Notes: generated from the letters alone by a model not told the origin. A stretch of DNA of 64,000 nt from Crocinitomicaceae bacterium (GCA_044374225.1 JBILOX010000006.1:12861-76860); one strand, 5' to 3'. Shown: positions 21,001 to 27,853, numbered from the stretch's first letter. Numbers and translations: made by a program.

Positions 21001-21432
21001 TTATCAAATATGGCTCTTTTGACAACTATCCAAAGTAATTTGAATTCATATACAGATTTAACTCCACCAACTGGACCAGTATTTTACCAAATTGAGGTTG
21101 TAAATCCTAATAATTGTGATCCAACTAAAATAATGAATTATGGTCTTTCAAAGTCTAATATTGTAGATAATGGAGTAAGTGGAATAAGTGAGGAAGTATT
21201 GTCAACAATAAATGTTTATCCGAACCCAACCAATGATAAATTTACTCTGAATGTTTCAAACGATTTGTTAGGAAAAGGATATGTAATCACTGATTTTTCT
21301 GGAAGAATAATTTCTCAAGGAAAAATTAATTCATTGATTCAAACCATAGATGTTCAGGAAATTTCTAAAGGTGCGTATTTCTTACAAATTGATAAATCAA
21401 CTACAAAAGCAATTAAAATTATCAAACAATAA
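18004..21432 (+). CDS. Large secreted multidomain protein: beta-propeller-type ~60-aa repeats, PKD domain, Ig/Fn3-like region, T9SS type A C-terminal sorting domain
   Basis: Signal peptide MKKIILLLFTGICLISFG. About 7 repeats of DGSLDxxFNxGSGF...IQxDGKxxVGGxFxSFNGxxRNxIxRLN (delta-60 / DUF5122-like). Two near-identical ~52-aa CxxSSYxWNGQQYNS...GCDSxxTLNLS repeats. PKD motif WDFGDGT. The C-terminus INVYPNPTNDKFTLNV...GAYFLQI...IKIIKQ is typical of Por/T9SS type A CTDs. Confidence 0.9.
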   Translation: MKKIILLLFTGICLISFGQQFKADLTFNTGIGFDQGVTDIITQQDGKIIVGGRFELYGMNTTYTRRIARLNSNGSLDNTFNTGSGFNNDVTSLAIQTDGKIVVGGEFSSFNGIARNRIARLNNDGSLDTTFNPGSGFFNGFDFCSVYSISIQSDDKLIVGGGFSSFNGVSRKCIARLNNDGSLDATFNPGSGFFNQFDFCNVSSTSIQFDGKLIVGGGFSSFNGIGRNNILRLNSDGSLDNTFNPGSGFDTEVSSTAIQSDGKLIVGGGFTSFNGISRNGITRLNSDGSIDNSFNIGSGCSGSIPSVLSLAIQTDGKILIGGLFTSFNGINIKSIARLNINGTLDNSFNTGTGFIDSNNGPGFISSILTLSDDKFVATGEYSSFNGVNRNKISRIIDCSSNSSNNIANVTVCDLTVIQIGNQNYATSNSYTWPLNGETYYETGQYNTNITINSVGCDSVNTLDLNFHQNWRETSILACYLDTFYIDGYGYISNQSGYFFAYSNQPALYGCDSLVIYDLTSISPIYNSFNVSICPGSSYTWNGQQYNSDGQFQQTFSSLITGCDSIVTLNLSYILPVYTSFNVSICPSSSYIWNGQQYNSPGQYQQSFSSFLTGCDSISTLNLSFVPNNFNPTFSSAQQLYTAPPFAVQFTNSTANPSNYSFTWDFGDGTTLASNNATVFHQYLYNGQYTLSLIATSNTTGCSDTTTLSDYIFCTGGVSCTHVATINQTSPQQACQGTPLWLSCNNDPSFTYQWRRNGVTIPGNNNDSLAVTQSGTYSVIISVNNCPITSGDVVVTIFSAPSTPIITSSGAIQPCVGGSVTLNAGSYTTYNWSTGATTQSINVNSSGTYSVSVTGANGCSASSTPFNVNASFVAPPQVCIVGMDSLTNENRIVWEKPLTLGIDSFYVYKESNVSNVYTKIGATDYNQLAVFLDANSNPAVQAYRYKISALDTCGTESNVGDFHKTIHLTINQGVGNSWNLIWSHYEGLTFGSYRIYRGTSLSNMALLTTIQSNLNSYTDLTPPTGPVFYQIEVVNPNNCDPTKIMNYGLSKSNIVDNGVSGISEEVLSTINVYPNPTNDKFTLNVSNDLLGKGYVITDFSGRIISQGKINSLIQTIDVQEISKGAYFLQIDKSTTKAIKIIKQ

Positions 21433-21456
21433 ACAATTTTTATTATAGTTTAGTTT

Positions 21457-21491
21457 AAATCCCATCAGCTTCGGTTGGTGGGATTTTTTTT
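21457..21491 (+). terminator. Intrinsic terminator (13-bp stem, UUCG loop, T-run) after the 1142-aa gene
   Basis: aaatcccatcagc-ttcg-gttggtgggattt followed by T8. This is the first part of the ~230-bp 3'-flank module. Confidence 0.75.
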
Positions 21492-21567
21492 ATATTGTTT
21501 TTTGAGAAATTTCAGATTATTTCAAAAACCTAGACCCCAATCAAAAAACAATTTCGATTATATAATG

Positions 21568-21684
21568 GATAAATGGTTTAAACCATTTTTTATATGTATT
21601 CATTTCATCATAGGGGAGGTTTTAAAACCTCCCCTATGATAAATCACCAAATAATTCAATAACCATTTCAATGGTTTGAGGTTG
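21568..21684 (+). repeat. Hairpin module, copy 1
   Basis: taaatggtttaaaccatt palindrome, then a perfect 17-bp-arm palindrome atcataggggaggtttt/aaaacctcccctatgat (21607-21640), then aaccatttcaatggtttgaggttg. The flanks are homologous to 23388-23505. Confidence 0.9.
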
Positions 21685-21724
21685 TTCATTTAATTCGTGC
21701 CAACGAAATACAGTTTCGGTTAAT

Positions 21725-21807
21725 AAAGTTCCGCAGGATTTGAAACGTAAAGTTCCGCAGGATTTCAAATGTAAAGTTCCGCAGGATTTGAAATCCTGCG
21801 GAACTTT
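21725..21807 (+). repeat. Palindromic junction repeat, copy 2 (two 24-bp left half-site units plus a 35-nt perfect palindrome)
   Basis: aaagttccgcaggatttgaaacgt | aaagttccgcaggatttcaaatgt | aaagttccgcaggattt-g-aaatcctgcggaacttt. Confidence 0.95.
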
Positions 21808-21829
21808 ACTGAAATCACAAAATAAATGT

Positions 21830-21837
21830 TATATTTG
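21830..21837 (+). promoter_or_regulatory. Candidate -7 box (TATATTTG) for the ATPase gene
   Basis: Matches TAnnTTTG. It lies 23 nt after the palindrome and 30 nt upstream of the ATG at 21868. Confidence 0.45.
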
Positions 21838-21867
21838 TGTAAATAATCACATTTTACATACTTATAT

Positions 21868-23178
21868 ATGGAAAGAGACCTACAACTTCAATTAATTAAA
21901 TGGAAAAACAAAACCGAGAGGTTACCATTAATTCTTCAAGGAGCGAGACAAGTTGGTAAAACCTATCTTATGCGTTGGTTTGGAGAAAATGCCTTTTCAC
22001 AATTTATTTACTTCAACTTTGACGAACGTCCAGAGTTAAAAGATTTTTTTCAAAAAAATAAAGATATACATCGAATCCTTGAGTCGTTTTCGCTTATCAG
22101 TGGTAAAGAAATAAATAGCGAAACATTGATAATTTTAGATGAAATCCAAGAATGTCCAGAGGCTTTGAATACCTTGAAATATTTTGCAGAACAAAAACCT
22201 GAAATTCCAATTATATGTGCTGGCTCACTTTTGGGTATATTGTTAAATTCAGGTAATTCTTTTCCTGTTGGGAAGGTTGAGTTTTTAACGCTTTATCCAA
22301 TGACATTTCGAGAAGTATTACCTAATTGGAGTAATTCTTTATCGAAGTATGTAGAGCAATTAGATGCACTAACTCCCATTCCTGACTATTTTTTTAATGA
22401 TTTATTACATCATTTCAAAAAATACATGATTACAGGAGGAATGCCGGCAATTGTTAAATCCTTTAACGACTCGAATACATTTGAAAATACAGACGAAACC
22501 TTAAACAATCTTATTCTTTCGTACAAAGGTGATTTTGCGAAACATCCAATTATGACAAACGTTGCTAAAATTGGCGAAGTGTTTAATTCGTTGCCCGCAC
22601 AACTTGCGAGAAAAAACAAAAAATTCATTTATCAATTAATTCGAACGGGAGCAAGAGCAAGAGAATATGAAGATGCAATTCAATGGTTGATAAATGCAGG
22701 ATTAGTATATCAAGTGAAATTAAATACAAAGCCATCATTACCACTAAGCGCTTATGAAGATCAAAGTGCATTTAAATTATATGCTTTAGACGTGGGAATT
22801 ATAAGAAACTTAGCTAAACTTTCACCAAGTGTTTTTTTAGAAGGAAATCGCCTTTTTTCTGAGTTTAAAGGTGCGTTGATAGAAAATTACATCCTACAAA
22901 GTTTGGTTGCTCAATTAAAAACTCCTCCTAGATATTGGACATCTGGAAATACTGCTGAAATTGACTTTTTAATTCAAATTGAAAATGAAATTATTCCAAT
23001 CGAAGTGAAGAGCGATGAAAATGTTAAAAGTAGAAGTCTCTCGTTATATAATGAAAAGTTTAATCCTTCATTAAGAATACGGTATTCATTGAAAAATTTA
23101 CAATATAGAGATGGCTTGTTGAATATTCCTCTTTTTCTAGCAGATTACACCATAGAAATGATTCGACGGGTTAAATAG
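21868..23178 (+). CDS. AAA+ ATPase with C-terminal DUF4143 / restriction-endonuclease-like domain
   Basis: 436 aa. Walker A is GARQVGKT and Walker B is LIILDEIQ. The C-terminal AEIDFLIQIENEIIPIEVKSDENVKS is typical of the AAA_14 + DUF4143 family. Confidence 0.85.
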   Translation: MERDLQLQLIKWKNKTERLPLILQGARQVGKTYLMRWFGENAFSQFIYFNFDERPELKDFFQKNKDIHRILESFSLISGKEINSETLIILDEIQECPEALNTLKYFAEQKPEIPIICAGSLLGILLNSGNSFPVGKVEFLTLYPMTFREVLPNWSNSLSKYVEQLDALTPIPDYFFNDLLHHFKKYMITGGMPAIVKSFNDSNTFENTDETLNNLILSYKGDFAKHPIMTNVAKIGEVFNSLPAQLARKNKKFIYQLIRTGARAREYEDAIQWLINAGLVYQVKLNTKPSLPLSAYEDQSAFKLYALDVGIIRNLAKLSPSVFLEGNRLFSEFKGALIENYILQSLVAQLKTPPRYWTSGNTAEIDFLIQIENEIIPIEVKSDENVKSRSLSLYNEKFNPSLRIRYSLKNLQYRDGLLNIPLFLADYTIEMIRRVK

Positions 23179-23256
23179 AAAATGAGCAAATGGTTTTTAA
23201 CGATTAAATTGACAGACAAAATAAAGGATTCAGGTAAGAAAAATTCTATTGAAATT

Positions 23257-23307
23257 AAAGTTCAGCAGGATTTGAAATCCTGCGGAACTTTCAAATCCTG
23301 CGGAACT
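23257..23307 (+). repeat. Palindromic junction repeat, copy 3 (palindrome followed by an extra right half-site, so inverted polarity relative to the other copies)
   Basis: aaagttcagcaggatttgaaatcctgcggaacttt + caaatcctgcggaact. Confidence 0.9.
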
Positions 23308-23337
23308 CCCGTTCGCTTCGGTTGGTGGGATTTTTTT
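23307..23337 (+). terminator. Degenerate copy of the UUCG-loop terminator hairpin
   Basis: tcccgttcgc-ttcg-gttggtggga followed by T7. Homologous to 21457-21491 but with more G-U pairs and mismatches. Confidence 0.4.
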
Positions 23338-23387
23338 GTCGCCAAATTTTGGTTAGTTGGTATTTTTTGGGAAATAAAAATTTTCGA

Positions 23388-23505
23388 GGGTAAATGGTTA
23401 AAACCATTTTATGTACGTGTGGTTTTCTCCTTAGGGTCGGATTTAAATCCGACCCTAAGGAGAAACACCAAAAAATTCATCAACCATTTCAATGGTTTGA
23501 GATTG
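23388..23505 (+). repeat. Hairpin module, copy 2
   Basis: taaatggttaaaaccatt, then a perfect 20-bp-arm palindrome ttctccttagggtcggattt/aaatccgaccctaaggagaa (23425-23464), then aaccatttcaatggtttgagattg. Same architecture as copy 1, but the central hairpin has a different sequence. Confidence 0.9.
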
Positions 23506-23610
23506 GAGTTTACTAAACTTGATATGAAATTATATTCAATAGTATATTGAGGAATCTAATTTCTTTGTAGGTAATGATAATGTTTTAGCAAAGAAATAAA
23601 ATCACAAAAA

Positions 23611-23628
23611 GTAAACAGATTTGTTTAC
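23611..23628 (+). promoter_or_regulatory. Candidate operator (inverted repeat GTAAACA-N4-TGTTTAC) upstream of the HigA-like gene
   Basis: Perfect 7-bp inverted repeat ending 16 nt upstream of the -7 box, roughly where a -33 element would be expected. This fits autoregulation by the HTH antitoxin. Confidence 0.4.
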
Positions 23629-23643
23629 TAAATAAAAATTTTT

Positions 23644-23651
23644 TACCTTTG
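23644..23651 (+). promoter_or_regulatory. Candidate -7 box (TACCTTTG) for the HigA-like/AbiEii-like pair
   Basis: Matches TAnnTTTG and lies 16 nt upstream of the ATG at 23668. Confidence 0.5.
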
Positions 23652-23667
23652 ATAAAAAACAAAGAAT

Positions 23668-24174
23668 ATGTTGCCTGAAATTTCAAAGATAAAAGGAATT
23701 CATCCTGGAGCTATTTTAAAAAGAGAACTCAAAAATCAAAGCCTGAAAAGTAGTGAATTAGCCAAATCAGTTAATGAACACAAGCAAACTATCAGTGCAA
23801 TTCTCAATGAAAAAAGAAGTGTTAATCCTGGACTTTCAATCAAACTGGCAAAACATTTCGGAGTAGCATCGGATTACTTTATGCATGTTCAAGCCAGTTA
23901 TGATATCCAAATAGAATTACAAAAAGACGCTGAAAAAAGTACCCCAGACCTCAAGAAGATACGGAAAATAGTATTTTGGGATACTGATTTCAACCTATTG
24001 GATTGGGAAAAACAAAAATCTGCTATTATCAAGCGTATCTTCGAAAGGGGAAATGATACAGAGATTAAGGAGATTATTTCTTTTTATGGACTTTCAACTG
24101 TGAAACAAACAATTGATGCTACTAAAAATAATTTTCTTCCTGCTTTCAATGAAAATGTAAAAAAGTACTTATAG
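23668..24174 (+). CDS. HigA-type XRE-HTH antitoxin-like protein fused to a C-terminal domain of unknown function
   Basis: The N-terminus IHPGAILKRELKNQSLKSSELAKSVNEHKQTISAILNEKRSVNPGLSIKLAKHFG is typical of HigA addiction-module antidotes. The C-terminal ~80 aa (IVFWDTDFNLLDWEKQKSAIIKRIFERGNDTEIKEIISFYG) is an extra domain. Confidence 0.75.
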   Translation: MLPEISKIKGIHPGAILKRELKNQSLKSSELAKSVNEHKQTISAILNEKRSVNPGLSIKLAKHFGVASDYFMHVQASYDIQIELQKDAEKSTPDLKKIRKIVFWDTDFNLLDWEKQKSAIIKRIFERGNDTEIKEIISFYGLSTVKQTIDATKNNFLPAFNENVKKYL

Positions 24175-24189
24175 ATAATACAGCATAAA

Positions 24190-24837
24190 TTGAATACACT
24201 TCACAGAAATACCGTTTCAGAATCGCTTTGGGTTTCATTAAATAAACTCATGAAAATTGAAGAATTAAAGAGTTTTCGATTGGTTGGTGGTACTTCTTTA
24301 AGTTTGCAAATTGGACACAGAATGTCCGTCGATATTGATTTGTTTACTGATGCACCTTATGATTCTATCGATTTCGACCGAATTGATGAAGTGATATGTT
24401 CAACCTTTCCAACAGTTGAAATGGGATATGGAGGAAATCACTCTATGGGTAAATCTTACTTTGTAGGAACATCAAAGGAAGACCTCGTCAAATTAGATTT
24501 TTTTTACACAGATTCATTTGTCTTTCCAGTACTTATTGAGCAGGATATTCGATTTGCAAGATTAGAAGAAATTGCGGCAATGAAACTAGAAGTGATAGGT
24601 AACAATGGAAGAAAAAAAGACTTTTGGGACCTTCATGAATTAATGGATCATTTTTCTCTAAATCAAATGATTGAATTTTATGAAAAACGCTATCCGTATA
24701 GCCTTACGAAAAAAGAAATAATATCCCAACTTACCTTTTTTGATAATGCAGACGAAGATTTTGATCCAATTTGCCTTCGTAATAAATATTGGGAGTTGAT
24801 AAAATTAGATTTTGAGGAAAAGTTCCGAAGGATTTGA
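24190..24837 (+). CDS. Nucleotidyltransferase, AbiEii/AbiGii toxin-like (DUF1814) family
   Basis: TTG start. FRLVGGTSLSLQIGHRMSVDIDLFTD matches the GGTAL...HR.S.DIDLF NTase signature of AbiEii-like proteins. The N-terminal LHRNTV segment argues for the TTG start rather than the internal ATG. The last six codons and the stop (EKFRRI*) come from the junction repeat. Confidence 0.75.
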   Translation: MNTLHRNTVSESLWVSLNKLMKIEELKSFRLVGGTSLSLQIGHRMSVDIDLFTDAPYDSIDFDRIDEVICSTFPTVEMGYGGNHSMGKSYFVGTSKEDLVKLDFFYTDSFVFPVLIEQDIRFARLEEIAAMKLEVIGNNGRKKDFWDLHELMDHFSLNQMIEFYEKRYPYSLTKKEIISQLTFFDNADEDFDPICLRNKYWELIKLDFEEKFRRI

Positions 24838-24925
24838 AACGCAAAGTTCCGAAGGATTTGAAACGCAAAGTTCAGCAGGATTTGAAACGTAAAGTTCCGC
24901 AGGATTTGAAATCCTGCGGAACTTT
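24819..24925 (+). repeat. Palindromic junction repeat, copy 4 (three 24-bp left half-site units plus a 35-nt perfect palindrome)
   Basis: aaagttccgaaggatttgaaacgc x2 | aaagttcagcaggatttgaaacgt | aaagttccgcaggattt-g-aaatcctgcggaacttt. Confidence 0.95.
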
Positions 24926-25039
24926 CTGCTAAAAGGATTTTTTATTCAAACTTGAAAAAACTTGCACTATAGATTTAATAGGCGACTGCAAAAATAGTTC
25001 ACTGTATTTTGTTTCTTTTGCAAGACTATATTTATAGAT

Positions 25040-27388
25040 ATGCGAAGTTGGTTTCTTTTGTTTCTGTTTTTAATTGTTTCAGCTGGTTTCGCAACTGCCA
25101 CTGTTTCTGAGAAATTGTTTCTTACAAAGAAAAGTGAACTTACCTTTTTGATAAATAGAGGTAGCTTGAATACTGCACTTTTGAAATGCGAAAAGCTTTT
25201 AGCTAGTAATTTAAGTAAGGATCAGCGTTATCAAATTTTAACCACTCAATCTAAGATTTATTTTTGGACAGAAAATTTATATGAATTTAATAGGACAGCA
25301 AAATCGGCTTATGAAATAAAAAAGAAAAATTTGGCAATTTACAAAGCGTATTATTATTCGCAGAAAGCAGCATTTTTTCATTATCATATTTTAGCTGATT
25401 CTGCTGTCTACTATTCTGACAAATCAATAGAACTACTTAGTAAAAACTGGCAATTTCGAACAAAAGTACCTTTTCATTTTATTTATCAAATTTATGGAAC
25501 GGTTTTTCTTTATAGAAATATAAATGGAAAATTTTATTCAAACTCTGAATTTGATTGCAATAATAGATTACCCTTGATTTTAAACTATCAGGATTCTGCT
25601 TTAAAGCATATCAATCAAGTCCCGCATTTTAAACAGGAGGAAGCAATTATACATCGATCAAAAGGAAATCGGATAATGGATCTTGTAGGTTATAGTGTTC
25701 GTAACAGCAAATCGGATTTTAATAATTATGCTTTTCAGATAAGTAAAGCAAACCAAGCAATTAATGAATATCGAATGGCTTTAAAGGTTTTAGACAAAAA
25801 TGAACATACCTTATCAAATGGAATCAAAAGTTTAATTGCTTTGGCTTTTTATTGTACAAATAGAGAGCATGAAGGGGATGCGATTTTGTGGCCAATTATT
25901 AAGAAGTTGAAGAAAGATAAAATAAAGGATATAAATTCGGAGAATATCCAATTATTGAATGTCCTGCAAACATTTTCTCACAGCATTATTTCTAAAAATA
26001 AATTTGATTCAAGAATCTATTCCGTTATCCGAATTTATAAATCCCTACGTGATGATTGGTATTGGTATTTAATTTCAAAAAACAAAAATTACCTCGATTC
26101 ATACGGAGAATCTCCTACATCCATGCTTTCCATTATCTATATTTGGCTCAACAATTTAGAAATTGAAAATTTAAATTTAAATTATAATTTGAGGTACAGT
26201 GCACTCGATAATTACATTTATTATAGTAAAACCTTAGATTTTCTTGTTAACAAAAATGGTCTTTCATTATCAAAAAAAGTGGAGATAAAAGCTTCAATCT
26301 TAACACTTCTTAATCTTTATAAAATCCAAAAGAAACTTAGTGAAAAAGATGCGGTAATGGTTCAGATTTTTGCAGCAATGAAAAAAGAGAAATATCTCTT
26401 AATTACAAAAAAAGCGCTTTATGTAGATACTTTTAAAAGACTACCATTAACACATTATACAAGTTTACAAATTGATGGATTAACGGAATTTAAAAGAAAA
26501 GGATTTGAAAATTTTTCAAGTTCTCCATTTTGCTATATTTTAAAAAAAAATAAAATTTCAAAGCTGTATGTAGCAATTGATATTCATGAAAATTTTGATT
26601 TGATGATTATGGACACATTAGGTGATTCATTTGAAGAATTAAACTATTTTAAAAGTAAAATTAATGTTATTAAAGTATATAATCCAATTGATTTTTTTTC
26701 AATATATCCTTCAACTGATTTACTAATTAAAGAAAACATAGCTCCATTTTATACTGACATTAATAGTAAAGATAGATTGCCTTTTTCACAATCGATTTTT
26801 ACTAATTTCAATAGAAAAAGAATAAAACCTTTACGATTTATAAATTTAAATGATAACGGAATAGCTCATATTATTGGTCACGGAAATTTGAAATTGGAAA
26901 AAGACAGACAATCTTATACCAACTATTTGCAATCAAATCAATTGAAAAAAGATTTAATAGGAAACCAGCGAATTAAAACTGACTTATTTATTTTAAATTT
27001 ATGTTTTGGTGCATACAAAAGAAGTATGTTTTATCCAGATCGTGATTTACAAAATCAACTAATTTCTAAAGGTGCTAAAGCTGTAATTGCCTCACCTTAC
27101 CAAACTATAGATCAAAGTTCAGCCTATATTTTTGAAAAATTTTATCACTATCTTTTCAAAGGAGAAACAGTAGAAGATGCATTACAGCTAGCAAAATTAG
27201 ACTATTTAAAAACGCATACAGGAATGGAGGCTCATCCACAATATTGGTCAACCTACGAACTTACCTCCAACGTCAAAGACCTACGTTTAGCCCTTGATCC
27301 AATACCAGATAAATCGTGGCAAGCGTATTTAGTGCTATTAGTTTTGATTGCAATAGTGTTGTGGTTTTATTTGTATTGGGAGGATTGA
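25040..27388 (+). CDS. CHAT-domain (caspase-like) protease with N-terminal signal peptide, helical-repeat region and C-terminal TM anchor
   Basis: 782 aa. Signal-like MRSWFLLFLFLIVSAGFATA. CHAT His/Cys dyad context GIAHIIGHGN ... TDLFILNLCFGAY, followed by GAKAVIASPYQTIDQSSAYIFEKFYHYLFKGETVEDALQLAKLDYLK. C-terminal hydrophobic WQAYLVLLVLIAIVLWFYLYW. Confidence 0.8.
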   Translation: MRSWFLLFLFLIVSAGFATATVSEKLFLTKKSELTFLINRGSLNTALLKCEKLLASNLSKDQRYQILTTQSKIYFWTENLYEFNRTAKSAYEIKKKNLAIYKAYYYSQKAAFFHYHILADSAVYYSDKSIELLSKNWQFRTKVPFHFIYQIYGTVFLYRNINGKFYSNSEFDCNNRLPLILNYQDSALKHINQVPHFKQEEAIIHRSKGNRIMDLVGYSVRNSKSDFNNYAFQISKANQAINEYRMALKVLDKNEHTLSNGIKSLIALAFYCTNREHEGDAILWPIIKKLKKDKIKDINSENIQLLNVLQTFSHSIISKNKFDSRIYSVIRIYKSLRDDWYWYLISKNKNYLDSYGESPTSMLSIIYIWLNNLEIENLNLNYNLRYSALDNYIYYSKTLDFLVNKNGLSLSKKVEIKASILTLLNLYKIQKKLSEKDAVMVQIFAAMKKEKYLLITKKALYVDTFKRLPLTHYTSLQIDGLTEFKRKGFENFSSSPFCYILKKNKISKLYVAIDIHENFDLMIMDTLGDSFEELNYFKSKINVIKVYNPIDFFSIYPSTDLLIKENIAPFYTDINSKDRLPFSQSIFTNFNRKRIKPLRFINLNDNGIAHIIGHGNLKLEKDRQSYTNYLQSNQLKKDLIGNQRIKTDLFILNLCFGAYKRSMFYPDRDLQNQLISKGAKAVIASPYQTIDQSSAYIFEKFYHYLFKGETVEDALQLAKLDYLKTHTGMEAHPQYWSTYELTSNVKDLRLALDPIPDKSWQAYLVLLVLIAIVLWFYLYWED

Positions 27389-27445
27389 TTTTTTTTTAAG
27401 AAAGTATTAAAAGTTATATTGTTTTATTGATACTAAAAGCGTCTA

Positions 27446-27550
27446 ATACCAATTTACTTGTTAAATGACGTAATTGAAAATCTATCTGGTATAATGCCGA
27501 GTTAGTTTTCAACGAGTATTCTACACGACAATTGAAAACAACTTCGGTAT
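27446..27550 (+). mobile_element. 105-bp MITE-like element (family A), copy 1
   Basis: ataccaatttacttgttaaatgacg...gaaaacaacttcggtat. Its reverse complement is identical (105/105, checked base by base) to 34809-34913. Short imperfect terminal inverted repeats (ATACC...GGTAT) and an internal gttttcaa/ttgaaaac hairpin. No coding capacity. Confidence 0.9.
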
Positions 27551-27759
27551 AACAATTACTTGATTTAATCTAGAAGAAAACATTCTCCGATTAAAAATTC
27601 ATGCTGTTTTATAAGTGTTTCAAATCACAATCGTTTTTTTATGGACATATTTATTGATTAGAAATAATTTAAAAAGATCTTTCATCTTACATGATAAGCA
27701 AAATATCACTTAAAGTGCAAGATTGTTTCAGTTAATTAACGTTTCTTTGCATACTACTA

Positions 27760-27815
27760 GACTTACTACTGATTTTTCAGTAAGAGCGAAACTCGTAAAG
27801 CTGGAGTGTAAGGAG
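27760..27815 (+). repeat. Conserved 55-nt leader motif, copy 2
   Basis: gacttactactgatttttcagtaagagcgaaactcgtaaagctggagtgtaaggag. It ends 39 nt upstream of the ATG at 27854. A partial third copy (ctggagtgtgggaa) lies at 30051-30064. Confidence 0.7.
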
Positions 27816-27853
27816 TATTAAAAATAAATTTTATTTAATTTTAAAAAATAACA

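Noticed and set aside
21725-21807. CRISPR array interpretation of the GTTCCGCAGGATTTGAAAC-type repeats
   Set aside because: The units are contiguous with a 24-bp period and have no spacers. Each locus has only 1-3 units plus a palindrome. The loci are kilobases apart, and no cas genes are present.
23182-23550. 122-aa + strand ORF listed in the ORF track
   Set aside because: It runs entirely through the palindrome array, the degenerate terminator hairpin and the hairpin module. Its translation is low complexity and reflects the repeats (KSCGTFKSCGT...). It has no promoter box or family resemblance, so it is treated as non-coding.
16145-24925. Classical integron with attC sites
   Set aside because: The palindrome ends (GTTCCGC...GCGGAAC) do not match the attC R''/R' core (RYYYAAC...GTTRRRY) or its orientation. 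No intI, attI or Pc-like arrangement is in the window, and several blocks carry their own promoter boxes. Only the looser cassette-like analogy is kept, as a hypothesis.
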